DNA of 64,000 nucleotides from a virus: IMG/VR virus record IMGVR_UViG_3300032315_000979, positions 32,001 to 96,000 of that record; one strand, 5' to 3'. Shown piece by piece: positions 30,301 to 39,800 of this stretch (position 1 is its first letter; each line of letters starts with the position of its first letter). The notes under the pieces were generated by a model. It saw only the letters and a program-made list of their open reading frames with translations, ran no database searches and was not told where the DNA came from. The position numbers and the translations under genes were made by a program.

Positions 30301-33300
30301 CTTGCTGTTGAATCAGCTAAGTCATTTGGAAGAACATTTTCTGGAAGCAATGCTCGTCAGTATTTAAACTTCGGCTCGGAAGGTCCAGGAATAACAGGTC
30401 GTTTGTTGATGGGCGCAGAGGATATTCTTAATATCATCAGCGCAGCTCAAATAACAAAGCCGTTTACAGAGCCTCTCAGAATGCCTCTTACTGCGGTTTT
30501 GAAGAAAAGAGGACTTGCTGAGGCATCAAGTGTTTGGCAAGAAGCAACTGGAACTAGTTTTATAAGTCAACTTGAAACAATGGCTGGTGGTAATACATTT
30601 AAGGGTCTTCAAACTCAGGGTCGCATATTAACACAACTTGAAGCTAGAACATGGGATGAAGGTCTTTTCACGCTAGATAAGTTTATTAAAGAACAAGCTC
30701 GTATAAAATTGATGCAAGGCGCTGCAATTGATACAACCCTTGCTTCAACCGCTGCTTCAACCGCTGGGGTAAGAGGTGTTGGTTCAAATATACTTAGCAG
30801 TAATCCAAGAATGCTGTCATTGAATGCTGGTAAGCAAATTAAGATTTCTATGGGTGCTAGAGGTGTAGATCTTTCTAACATGATTGAATCTGGAGTCATA
30901 GATTCCACCCTTGCTAGTGGAAGTGGTTACATTAGTAATCAAAAATTCTTGTCTGAGCTTGGAATAATTAATCCAGAATACAGTAGTTATAACTCTACCA
31001 GAAGTAGGATGCAAACACCTGATGGTGTACTAAAAGGAAATATTAACTATGGATATGCAAGATTAGCTGATGATTTTGCAACAGCAGCTAATTATAGAGA
31101 GTTCCACATGAATATTGGTGAGGCTGGGGCGCTTTATATGAATGAAACTGGTGCTTGGAGAAGAAATATACAAGGTGAGCTTGACAAGATTCTTGGTGGT
31201 GCAATTATTAATTTGAAACCAAGTGCTGCTATGACATACACTCAGGGCGACAGTTATAACATGTTCTTAAGAAGTTTACTTACTAGCAATAATCCAGCAC
31301 AAAATCTACCACAATACCTTGGTGATATTCCTTTAGTTGCTGAATATGGTGATAAATTAATTGCTGATGCTGCTGGTAACTATACTGAAGTTCAATTCCC
31401 ATCAATCCCATTTGATGGTTCAGCAATTGAATCCATAATTCTAAGCAGAGAAAATTTAATGCAATATTATTCACCACCTGGCACAGTAAATCAAAGTGGT
31501 TGGGGTAGTCAATATTTATCAATTGCTGGACCACAAGAGCAATTAGTAATGCAAAGAGAGCTTGCAAAGCAATTAGCAGCTCGTGGTATTGATGTTAAAA
31601 CTGGTTTAGATGATTTAATATTCAATGAGAACTATACTAATGCAACTAGAACAGTTAAATTTGATCCAGTTCCTCTCCATCAAATTCCGCAAGATGAATT
31701 TGACAAGATGCTACTCAGTATTACACAGAAGTTAAGAGCAGATCAAGGCTTGCCATCAATACCACAAGATGTTATCACATCTGACACATTTAATATTAAA
31801 TCAATACAAGACGGAATCAAGGGGTTCATTGCTAACTATAGAACAGCAAACTCATTACTATCAATGCCAACAGAGAGTGTTAGCGCTGCATTGAATACAT
31901 CTATTTTTGAAAGTGCTGGTGGAAGACTTGCAGGAGGCTTAAATCGTGTTAGAGGAGCTTTTTTTGGACCTAGATCTGGCAGTTCAGTTAGTCGTTTAGA
32001 AAGTTTAGATATCACACCAGATGCTGCTTTCAAAGATTCTCGTGGACTTTATAATGCTGGAAATATTGGTGCGTATATACAAAAAATGTATAGTTATGGA
32101 TTTAGTTCAACAACTAGGTCATCAATATTGGAGGACTTAGTTGGAAGTGCAGACATGTCCCTTAATGTTGCTAGAGGCTATACATCACCTGCATACTATG
32201 CATCACGACCATTCTTTCCAGAAACAGGTAATGTTCCAGGAGTAGGTATGGCTCGGTCTTTTATTGGTGATCCTAATGGAATATCTACTGGAATTGGTTT
32301 GACTAATCTTCAGGTTGCAGCAAGAGAATACATTTTAAAAAATATTGATCTTGCTGCATCAGAAAACGCTAATCTACTAAGTGATTTATTGTCAATTATT
32401 CAGGGCGATATGTCTGGAAGTGCTTTAGATAGTGGTTCAATTCAAGATTTTGCTTATGGAATTAGAAATAACAGCAATATTAATACATCTACTTTTAATA
32501 ACATGACACCATCTTTGTGGATTCAAACTAGACATGCTATGAGTGATATTTCACTAGGTCAATTAGGTTGGAATACACCAGAGAATTTATCATTATTTGA
32601 TGATGTTTATCAAAAATATTTTGAATCATACATAAATACTGCAAATACATTAAGTGCCATTGGGTTTTCAGAATATGGAGATGAATTCCCACTACAAGGA
32701 ATATCTTTCACAGATTTCTCTAGAAATTTTAAAGTTTCATTAGGCAAAGTTGCCGAGATGGATCCTAATGACATGATTGTTCAATTACTACAGGCTGGAG
32801 ATACGGCAGGAGCTGCATTTGAACTTAAAGCTCGTGTATTTCGTAATATAGCTAGTGAATTTGATATTCCTGGCAATGAAATAACATCATATGATATATT
32901 GGGCGGTTATTCAGATACTGGTCGTCTTAACCTTAGAAGGACAATTAGTCCTGCTCATGAAAAGAGTTGGTTCTTTAAACTAAAAGATAATGCATCTATC
33001 TTAGATGAAGTTGGGAATCAAATACCTAACGGTTACTCTCTATCGGCACTAGTAAATTCTAGAATTGGTAATATGCCTACATCTATCTTCAGCAGAGATG
33101 CTGCTTCAGTGGTAGGAAGACGAAATAATGGTACATACACTGGAGTATTTAATGAGTTTATGTCAAATTCTATGGCAGCAAGCGGTGCTGCTCCTAATTC
33201 TTCAAATTTTTATGATGAGATTAACGAAATAAGAGATAGGTTGGGAACTTTTCATCCCCTTAATGTATCTAGAGATGTAATGCCACTATCTTCTGGCATA

Positions 33301-35352
33301 GAGCAATACCTTACTGGTTCAACTCGCCGCCCTATTGACACAGGTGCTGGATGGAAACTACAACCTTCATCATGGTCATGGGATGATGAAATAAAATTAA
33401 CACAATTGATGGAGAATGCTTCTGGAAGCGGCTTCGGAATGTCTGCTAAGTTTGGTAGAGGTATTCCTATACCAAATGAATTCTCAGATTTGGTAAAAGA
33501 AATGTGGATTGCTCATTCCACAGCTGGTTCGCCGCAAATAGATAATCAAGCAATTAGAAATGTTTGGGAAAATTTCTTATCAACTAAAGATCAATTATTT
33601 ACTTCTGGAAACAGTTACGATCCAATTGGATTTAATTCATACATGAAAGATAAGCAAAGTGGTTTGTACCGAAAAGGAATATATCAATCTGGAAGTCCAT
33701 TTGATTTAGGCGATCTTGCAAATCTTGGATATCAAAACCCATTAGTTTTTGATAATGCAAATTGGATTGATTCAAGGTCAAGTACTCCAATAATTATGCC
33801 AAGGGTTGGTAGTCAAACAAAATTATATGGTGCTTTATATCAACTAGCAGGTCGTATTATTCCAGAGATACAGATGCAAGCTGCAAAAACTATGTCACTA
33901 GATGCATTGAGTAATAGTTCAATTGCAAATTTAACACCGCAAGCTTTACTTGAAAGTCAAGATTTTGCAAGATATTTAGGTGCAAAAATTCCTTCATCAA
34001 CTGTTTATGAATCAAATCCAGATATTGCAAATATTTTGGCAAATATGACCAATCTAAAAGGGTATAAGACAGGGAATCTCTTCTCTCTTGAAACACCACT
34101 GCATCCAGACGAGTATAACTGGTGGATAAAGTTATTTAAAAATGCAGAAAACAAAAATCTTAATTATGATCTGTTTCTTCCAGATGACCCTAGCTTGTCA
34201 TTAGATTATGGTGGTCTACCATTTGGTCAAGTTGGTCCAGGTGGTCCTTCTACCATGAATCCACAGAGTGTTTTAAAATCTAAAACTGTCCCTTATATGC
34301 AGAGGGGGCAAAATGCTGCTGACTGGTTAAAGTCACTCACCCCAGACATAAAAAATGATCGTATTGCATCTGTACGAGTTAGAAAAACATTTTTTGACAA
34401 GTTAATTAAATGGTATGAAGCACCTGACGGTGTAAATCCTAACGATACTGGTTACTATTCTGATTATTTTGAAAAATTAACATCAGGAGGGGGTGCGGCT
34501 AAGGTAGAATTTACTGACCTTGTTGATTTGGCAAAGCAATCTAATTCATCATTTCCAACACCTGAATTAAGCTATGCTGGTAGATTTCCAAGCTCCACTT
34601 CTTATTTACAAAATTTGATAGCAGCTAGGAATTTACAATATGCTAGATTTATAAATACCGATACAGTACTTCAGTTTTCAGACAATGTTTCTGAATTTGC
34701 ACAAGAAATTGCTGCGCAGTTTGCTACAATAGCCCCTCTTGCCCCAGGAGGCAGTAATTCTTTTAATCCAATAGATGATATATCAGCTTCTGCTGAACAA
34801 AGAACAGCGCTTGAGGCTGCAGAATGGATTACTAGAGGAGGATTCATGTCTCCTTCAGCAATTCTAGAAGAATTTGTCATGGCTCAAATGAAAGGTTCAA
34901 CTCTGGCTTCAGCAATGCAAAGTACAACATCAGATAAATCTTTGTTAGGTGTTAATAAATTTATTAAGAAATACGGAAAAATGAAAATTAAAGGCTTTAA
35001 GACTGGTGGTTATGTTCCTGGAGCTCCATCAACTGCAATCCCTGCAATCTTGCATGGTGGTGAATATGTAATCAACGCAGATGCTGTAAGAAACATGGGT
35101 GTAAGAACAATGCAAAGCATCAATCAGTCAAAGTTTAAAGCACCTTCTGGAGCTCCATCATACGCAGGCGGTGGACAGACAACCAATGTGTCCACAGTCA
35201 ATATCAATGTAGACACCTTTATTGGGGAAGAAGAATGGTTTAAAGGAATGATGAAGGATTACAATGTTAATGTACTCCCAAGACAACAAAAAGCAGCTGG
35301 TTTAGAATCAAGAACATTTACAAGTTATAATGGAATACAGGGTGGTTTCTAA
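24322..35352 (+). CDS. Tape measure protein with a very large C-terminal cargo region (3676 aa)
   Basis: Follows the chaperones. Helical Ala/Gly-rich N-terminal ~1700 aa with hydrophobic segments. Two LHGGEY.[LI]NA.AV motifs at residues ~1781 and ~3578. Confidence 0.9.
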   Translation: MSDVDLIINVHTNGVKDITNLSAATRALALNLRGITVPMSKLDAHSRAVNKALGMTNRSMNDHAKTAKQMIANQKALSAETKRVQSNIKSYAMAIQSAGGTTTAFGRELIQSRNELKQFSSTLRGLRIRAFGSDLGSISLKLQRIGKDAQFVGRSLMINLTAPILLFARMGFQSLLKVDEQFVRLTKVLEGVAMTTDQANSKLKDYLGPDKEKRVKQMTDSFRELNTALTEQSARFGVAKDLVVSLAVDFAELGVTANENIVALTELALAAEKLGGMDASGAQDLSSALFFNATRAYEVAGAFDDVTTAAERESKAIASATVQLNMFNTIENVTALSLKDLADSLPELGGMALSFGLSMTEAAALLAPMKAAGFDIGASANSIKVSLQRAIVPTKQNVELLAKLSKQYGVTGKSGNAFSESTKTGLTGLQAIVDIFGKVVEGGKNTEAGLKLMSEIFEKRQGPRMYVAIEQLNQFDAALKNVNANQSPERLMAGVAEASIRAFNKLNGTALPETISQFSDIGVIARIATAEVGALVDGFKGKGAGGGITAAEKKGAMEARDAVAKLIKEKKLNEDIDLISQVKTQAGRALLVELAGASGAADVANMELEQSLKSLSVATQRIKIAFKNFAADVLRNVAPSLKKLSDTINSLYLKWQALSDTTRERISKLILGFLGFLAVMAPVILALGTMQSSIGVLGRTATFFLPKLKNFEGGLVGIAGGAKKATTAMTDMYNSFLGKKQPLSMLPSFAPAGGTASSMIGMPTRVGRNITLPGNIAPTPTPLTGLTGAARTSAINANRAARLSHAATGRLGVDQYLRNEASMLSANNMRLNARGRVIGPRGGFVGGNILGKISEASVLREAALADSGISRTMSGGARLATKRGFVDVTEDRALRIARGGIGGAIARRTAALPGLADSFTSATGVTGRGFARGMLPTRGGIATGAGNVRGLASAAFNAGPVAAYTKSVQGAKAAVQAMKIEQMALGGSAGKIRTMSTAMTGFMKATKLGTVALKLMKIALISTGIGAIMLGIGVAVYIIVKNFSAFKDKASNAILRVKNAWAIFKESIGMLIQPFVDLFSIIGGGSKKGGDAVGGLASAFDLVGKVLQKVASWFKMLVENFIQPYLYMIIDIVMFVVSIFQGNWGKAFDYLVAATSGAVKIVIKLIAALLKGMVWITAGGIKLIIGYFTLIPKAVAKVFSFLERIPGVGGIFGWIGDSINFVIDGLYGLVDAGKNAASGAIDAVANAATGLLDKGVSKGISSAEGKISNDTKIKDAAEETGEEAGEIMGNSFGDGFEESDATGKIAKAIEEGIVDAIQKLQDYVAGEMADALTKFVDASVKALEKQKTSALKVFDVQIKTLGKLEKAEESLTKKKEYENNRRKIIDNQALSNEQFRRNYALAVYEGRVDDARMLQLQQSADEKGFSSDLLTIEQERSKDLAKENLDALKEAINEAKDAASLFFEESIAKFQESAALITKVAPVTVEQYTAQLQELQTLTETNATNMNTTFGAMFEIFATTIADKMPNKVIGPFATNLDELVLVAKEKFGLGSDKSENTVIGITIGMLAGMGVQFGEGKQLVIDSFGVITSGLAQNFTDMKTKFLDEVKSDFITNFKKALDEAEPTKVFNQAIIDGNLSILRSFQNMVDLNPALMEKLRKSLDPAINKYLELKAAADAAKDAAGAAADAAAGGGGGGGGGGGTGSQPGPGTPAGGRADAFARNNELRAARNLRALTYQEFIGNYKGFKKGGIIPSRTQNQNQGYPEGFIPAPTQEGVPTLLHGGEYILNAKAVSRIGVGALNKMNNNLIPKFLKGGQVPGGKKGTASNTRGTADRLEQKVTNKTSASPSSLKAPIDLSKIQGVTLKPTTPVSPKIPGIATPGHTYSSSEIKKLTMRPNTYLVPAPSFTSPGTKQAPKEFFQVATRQEALSYAQIKMQNDAKAAQRAEQEKWTTWERFIGQNTVNGVSTIGGPYKQSGIASAIEKFPLAGLLVKDLAVESAKSFGRTFSGSNARQYLNFGSEGPGITGRLLMGAEDILNIISAAQITKPFTEPLRMPLTAVLKKRGLAEASSVWQEATGTSFISQLETMAGGNTFKGLQTQGRILTQLEARTWDEGLFTLDKFIKEQARIKLMQGAAIDTTLASTAASTAGVRGVGSNILSSNPRMLSLNAGKQIKISMGARGVDLSNMIESGVIDSTLASGSGYISNQKFLSELGIINPEYSSYNSTRSRMQTPDGVLKGNINYGYARLADDFATAANYREFHMNIGEAGALYMNETGAWRRNIQGELDKILGGAIINLKPSAAMTYTQGDSYNMFLRSLLTSNNPAQNLPQYLGDIPLVAEYGDKLIADAAGNYTEVQFPSIPFDGSAIESIILSRENLMQYYSPPGTVNQSGWGSQYLSIAGPQEQLVMQRELAKQLAARGIDVKTGLDDLIFNENYTNATRTVKFDPVPLHQIPQDEFDKMLLSITQKLRADQGLPSIPQDVITSDTFNIKSIQDGIKGFIANYRTANSLLSMPTESVSAALNTSIFESAGGRLAGGLNRVRGAFFGPRSGSSVSRLESLDITPDAAFKDSRGLYNAGNIGAYIQKMYSYGFSSTTRSSILEDLVGSADMSLNVARGYTSPAYYASRPFFPETGNVPGVGMARSFIGDPNGISTGIGLTNLQVAAREYILKNIDLAASENANLLSDLLSIIQGDMSGSALDSGSIQDFAYGIRNNSNINTSTFNNMTPSLWIQTRHAMSDISLGQLGWNTPENLSLFDDVYQKYFESYINTANTLSAIGFSEYGDEFPLQGISFTDFSRNFKVSLGKVAEMDPNDMIVQLLQAGDTAGAAFELKARVFRNIASEFDIPGNEITSYDILGGYSDTGRLNLRRTISPAHEKSWFFKLKDNASILDEVGNQIPNGYSLSALVNSRIGNMPTSIFSRDAASVVGRRNNGTYTGVFNEFMSNSMAASGAAPNSSNFYDEINEIRDRLGTFHPLNVSRDVMPLSSGIEQYLTGSTRRPIDTGAGWKLQPSSWSWDDEIKLTQLMENASGSGFGMSAKFGRGIPIPNEFSDLVKEMWIAHSTAGSPQIDNQAIRNVWENFLSTKDQLFTSGNSYDPIGFNSYMKDKQSGLYRKGIYQSGSPFDLGDLANLGYQNPLVFDNANWIDSRSSTPIIMPRVGSQTKLYGALYQLAGRIIPEIQMQAAKTMSLDALSNSSIANLTPQALLESQDFARYLGAKIPSSTVYESNPDIANILANMTNLKGYKTGNLFSLETPLHPDEYNWWIKLFKNAENKNLNYDLFLPDDPSLSLDYGGLPFGQVGPGGPSTMNPQSVLKSKTVPYMQRGQNAADWLKSLTPDIKNDRIASVRVRKTFFDKLIKWYEAPDGVNPNDTGYYSDYFEKLTSGGGAAKVEFTDLVDLAKQSNSSFPTPELSYAGRFPSSTSYLQNLIAARNLQYARFINTDTVLQFSDNVSEFAQEIAAQFATIAPLAPGGSNSFNPIDDISASAEQRTALEAAEWITRGGFMSPSAILEEFVMAQMKGSTLASAMQSTTSDKSLLGVNKFIKKYGKMKIKGFKTGGYVPGAPSTAIPAILHGGEYVINADAVRNMGVRTMQSINQSKFKAPSGAPSYAGGGQTTNVSTVNINVDTFIGEEEWFKGMMKDYNVNVLPRQQKAAGLESRTFTSYNGIQGGF

Positions 35353-35775
35353 ATGGTAGCTACAATACAAAATCAACAATCTGGTATCACACATTTGGTA
35401 GTTATTAATGGGGAAGAAATTACCGAGCATGGTCGCCTATTCTCAAGCTCAATGGCAACATCTGCGTCAAATGTTGAATTATTGAACGGGAATAAAAAGA
35501 GGTTTATTAAGAACGCTAAGAATGTATACACCCTTTCTTTTCAATATCTCCCAGACCATCCAGAAAGAACAATTGATGGTCGTAAGGCAAGAAACTATCT
35601 GCTATCAGTTGCCAAAACATCTTCATCTGCAAGTTTATCAATCACCTTAGATCCAGCAGAGCCATCTTATAATACTGTTGTCTATGTTGATTCATACAGC
35701 GAAACACTAGTGAGAAGAGATATTCCCAACCAATGTGCCTACTACAATGTTGAGATTTCTCTTAAAGAGAAATAG
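35353..35775 (+). CDS. Distal tail (Dit-like) protein
   Basis: First gene after the tape measure gene. Homologous to the C-terminus of the next gene. Confidence 0.6.
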   Translation: MVATIQNQQSGITHLVVINGEEITEHGRLFSSSMATSASNVELLNGNKKRFIKNAKNVYTLSFQYLPDHPERTIDGRKARNYLLSVAKTSSSASLSITLDPAEPSYNTVVYVDSYSETLVRRDIPNQCAYYNVEISLKEK

Positions 35776-35778
35776 AAG

Positions 35779-36843
35779 ATGTCAGATAGTTTTTATTCAT
35801 TTAGTGAACCACTTAATCGTGGTATAGATTTCTACCAAGCGGATGCTGCGGATGTCACTGTTGATATCAACAGCAGTGTAACACTAACAGTATCTTCTTA
35901 TCAAATTAGACTTGCAAGCATTGCAATTGCTTCAAATTCTGAACTTATATCAAATTCATATAAGATTGCATACGCAGCAGCAAATCTTGCTGTTGATGGC
36001 GCAACTGTTGTTATTGCAACAGAAAGACAAGATGGTGATGTTGTAATTTCAGCAGAAGTTCTTGTTGAAACAAATATTACAAAGATTGCTTATGCAAGCG
36101 CTTCACTCTTCGCTGACTCTAATTCCGTAGCAAGCGGAACAAAGATTTCAATCTCATCTTGCGTCTTAAGCTCCGACTCATCGGTAACTGTATCTGTAGG
36201 AAAGATTGCCTACAGTGTTTCTCAGATAGACATTCTCTCATCAATGCTTTCAAGCGGAACACGAATTGCTTTTGCTCGTGCAAATCTATCGGGTCAGGTA
36301 AATCTCACTACCGCTGGCAAGATATTCTTAGCAACAATAAGAATTAATATACTTAACAATCTGGATGTTCGTGCAGAGGCAATTAGGTTTGGAGCTAACA
36401 TAACTGCGGATAGCTCACTAATTAGAGCTCTGCTAATACTTGATGGAAAACCACTGACTAATCAAACAAGAACATTTGACTACTCTGTAACGCCATTATT
36501 TGTTGAAAATATAAATTGGGCTGGTGATTCGTCTAGATACTATAAGAATAATGCAGCAAATTCTTCTGGCAAGAGAACATTTAATATTAAATGGAGCTTT
36601 ATTCCAAACTATAGCAACAAGACAGTGGATTATAGAGAGTCAAGAAATTACCTTAAGACAGTAGCTATGGACCCAGATGTTCATACATTAACAATTATTA
36701 ATCAAGACGAGAACGGAGTTACTCCATATACAGAAGAGAATGTTACGGTCTTTGTATCTACTTTCTCTGAAAATCTAATAAGAAGAGATCTTGTAGATGA
36801 TGTATACTATTTTGATTGCTCTATGACGCTAGAGGAGGTGTAG
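35779..36843 (+). CDS. Minor tail protein: Ala/Ser repeats plus a Dit-like C-terminal domain
   Basis: ~21-aa KIAYA-type repeats. C-terminal ~135 aa paralogous to 35353-35775. Confidence 0.6.
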   Translation: MSDSFYSFSEPLNRGIDFYQADAADVTVDINSSVTLTVSSYQIRLASIAIASNSELISNSYKIAYAAANLAVDGATVVIATERQDGDVVISAEVLVETNITKIAYASASLFADSNSVASGTKISISSCVLSSDSSVTVSVGKIAYSVSQIDILSSMLSSGTRIAFARANLSGQVNLTTAGKIFLATIRINILNNLDVRAEAIRFGANITADSSLIRALLILDGKPLTNQTRTFDYSVTPLFVENINWAGDSSRYYKNNAANSSGKRTFNIKWSFIPNYSNKTVDYRESRNYLKTVAMDPDVHTLTIINQDENGVTPYTEENVTVFVSTFSENLIRRDLVDDVYYFDCSMTLEEV

Positions 36844-39800
36844 ATGCTAACATCTGGAATGTATGGAAAAGAGCTGTCTAGCTCTTTTAACACAGCAATA
36901 ACATCTCCTGCTCAAAGAATTAAGCCAAAAATTATTATCAAATGGTTGGATAGTAGACATGTTGACAATTTGGTTATTACAACCAATGACGCTCCAGCAA
37001 GTAATGCCTATCCAGGCAGAGGTTTTTTCTTTCCTGCAAAAGAGGCTATGAACGGGATAAAGAGACAATCCTTTACTTGGGCTGTTGCTGGTGCAAAAGA
37101 TATTGATGGTAATGTCATTAGAGCAGATGGTTCATGGTATGCAATGCCATCACTCACATCTTCAGATATTTCAAATACACAGCTCGGAAGTAATCTTGAA
37201 TTTGGGTGGTGGTCAAATAGTGTAAGTACAGCAAATGTTCACGCTACATATGATGGGTATCAGTTTGCTACAAATCCTTATGTTGAAGCTACTTTTACAA
37301 CAAGAAAAGTTAATAAGGTAAGAATTGTAACATCAGAGTTCTATGGTCAGATTTCAACATACCTACTACAGGTGTTTGACGGTTCGCTAAATACATTACT
37401 AAGCGAAGTTGGAACAATCCCAGCGGGCTCATATTATCAAGACCATATACTATCAACAGCACTCTCGTCACAAAATGTTTCTAGAATTAGAGTAACCGTT
37501 TACACAACGGTAAATCCACAAGATTATGCTCGCATACAAGAAATTGTTCCTATTTATGAAACAGATATTAGTGATTATGTAATCTCATACTCAGTAAATA
37601 GAGCAAGAGATGTTCACTCAACAAGCTTACCAGTGGGCGGCTCTGAAATAGCATCAGTTGATCTCAATCTTGATAATACAACCAAAGTGTTTAACATATT
37701 CAGCAATAGCTCAACATATGGTCAATACATGGTTAAAGACCTTGAGGTTGAAATATACACGGGCTGGAGAATTAAGAAACCACCATCTGACAATATTGAT
37801 GCATCTTATTTAACTACAACTTTGCAATCTAACATATCCAATGCAGATATGTCCTTCACTGTTTTGGACAGATCAGTGCTTCCTGCTGGTGGTGCTGGAG
37901 ATAGCTTTATTGTAGTTTTGGATAAAGATACTCAATCAGAAGAAACGATTCTCTGTGCATCGGTTAATTCATCTAATGTTGTTACCATTCTGGAGAGAGG
38001 GTATGGCAACACGATTGAAAAATCACACACAGCTGGCTGTGAAGTTCGGTTTGATATTTATGAATATGTAAAAAATGGAACATTCTATGTTGATGAATGG
38101 TCATCTGGAACAGACATGTCTGTTAGTGCAAACCTTCAAGACTGGGGTAAGTTCTTATCAGAAAGAACAATCAACTACGGCTTCTTTATGCAAAATGCTT
38201 ATGTTGGAGATGCTATTGAGAATCTTTTAATGAGAGCAAACTTCCCAAGTGCAGATATTGTTAAACTAAATAATTATCGTAGGGGTGCAAAGAGCAGGGG
38301 TGCTGTTGCATCATTTTCTTTCAATGAGGAGTCTATTGACAGAAGTGGTAATAATATTGTGTCATCAACAGGTCTTCGTGCTCGTTTTTGGGCAATGCCA
38401 ACTAACAAGAGAGACAGTAGCGTAAAAGATATTGTTGCGGATGCAATTGATAAGGAATTGAGCCCGCTAGATAAAGCGCTCGGAGAAAAGGCATTCTCAT
38501 CACCGTCATACACCGCATTGTCAAAAAGCATATCTTCATCTTCAGCATACGCAGTTGATTTATCAAACTTTTCATTCACTGCGCTAGACTCAGCAGTTTA
38601 TTCTGAATATTACAATGGTGTATTTGATGGATATTATATATCCCCAGCTTCTGGGCTAGAGCAATTAGTAGTAACAATCTCTTATGGTGGGGTAAGAATT
38701 TATCTTGATGACATCTTGGTTCTTAATAGATTCAATCTAGCAACTGTATCAACAAGGTATGCATCACAGATGATTAACTTTAAAGCTGGTGTTCCTAGAA
38801 AGCTAAGAATTGAATTTTACCATTCCTACAATGACGCTGGGGCTGCGTCATTTGATATATCACTCTATAGAGCACCAGATGGAGGTAGTGATGTATTAAT
38901 TAGTGCAAGCCAGTGCTGCACTATCGTTGCTATGGATTCAATAGGTAGCAAAGATGCCTCGTCAAACATTGCTAATGAGGATGCTTTCAATCATCGCAAT
39001 AACGGAGTCTATGTCAATTCCCCAGTTCTTAACCAACCATCTGGGCTCACATCTGATCCAGGTGATAAATCTGTTTTACTTCAAAGCAATTCGTATGTGA
39101 GGATTCCATATTGTGCATCAAGTAATTTAACATCTGAATCACAGGATCCTTGGTCAATTGAATTTTTTGGAAAGTTTCATAATGGCTCTTTCTCTAGTGA
39201 TGGGGAATATATCAGTAACTGGGGTAATGCAAACCCAACAACTGGTTTTGAATTTTTTAACAACTCGTCATCAAATGGGTTCAAGATTAAATGTGTTCTT
39301 GCAAATAGTGCAGTCGTAACAGAAACTGTTTCATCAAACACTGCTTTATCAAATTCAGCTTTTTCTCATATTGCGGTAACATATGATGGTCTTTATTTGA
39401 AGTATTTTGTAAACGGTGATTTAAAGGATACTGAGATTATTGAAGGGACTCCAATTTCTTGGGCATCTAGCGATATTACCATCGGAGGTAGAGGAGCATC
39501 TTTTACATCTGGCGCAGAAGTTTCACCAGCAACTATAAGAAGTCTGTATATTGATGAGTTTGCTATGTATAGAAAATGTCTTACTGATGAGCAAGTTGAG
39601 GATAGATATGTTGAATCATCAATTCAACCTTTAACAGAGTTTGCTTTTCTATACGGTAATGAGAACTCTATTAGAGAGATAGCAAATGATATTTCCTTTG
39701 CGGATATGGGTCGTTTCTATATCAATGAATATGATAAAGCAAAGTATGAACACTTCTATAGGTTCTTTGAACCATCAATTGATCAGCATGCAAGTGTTCA

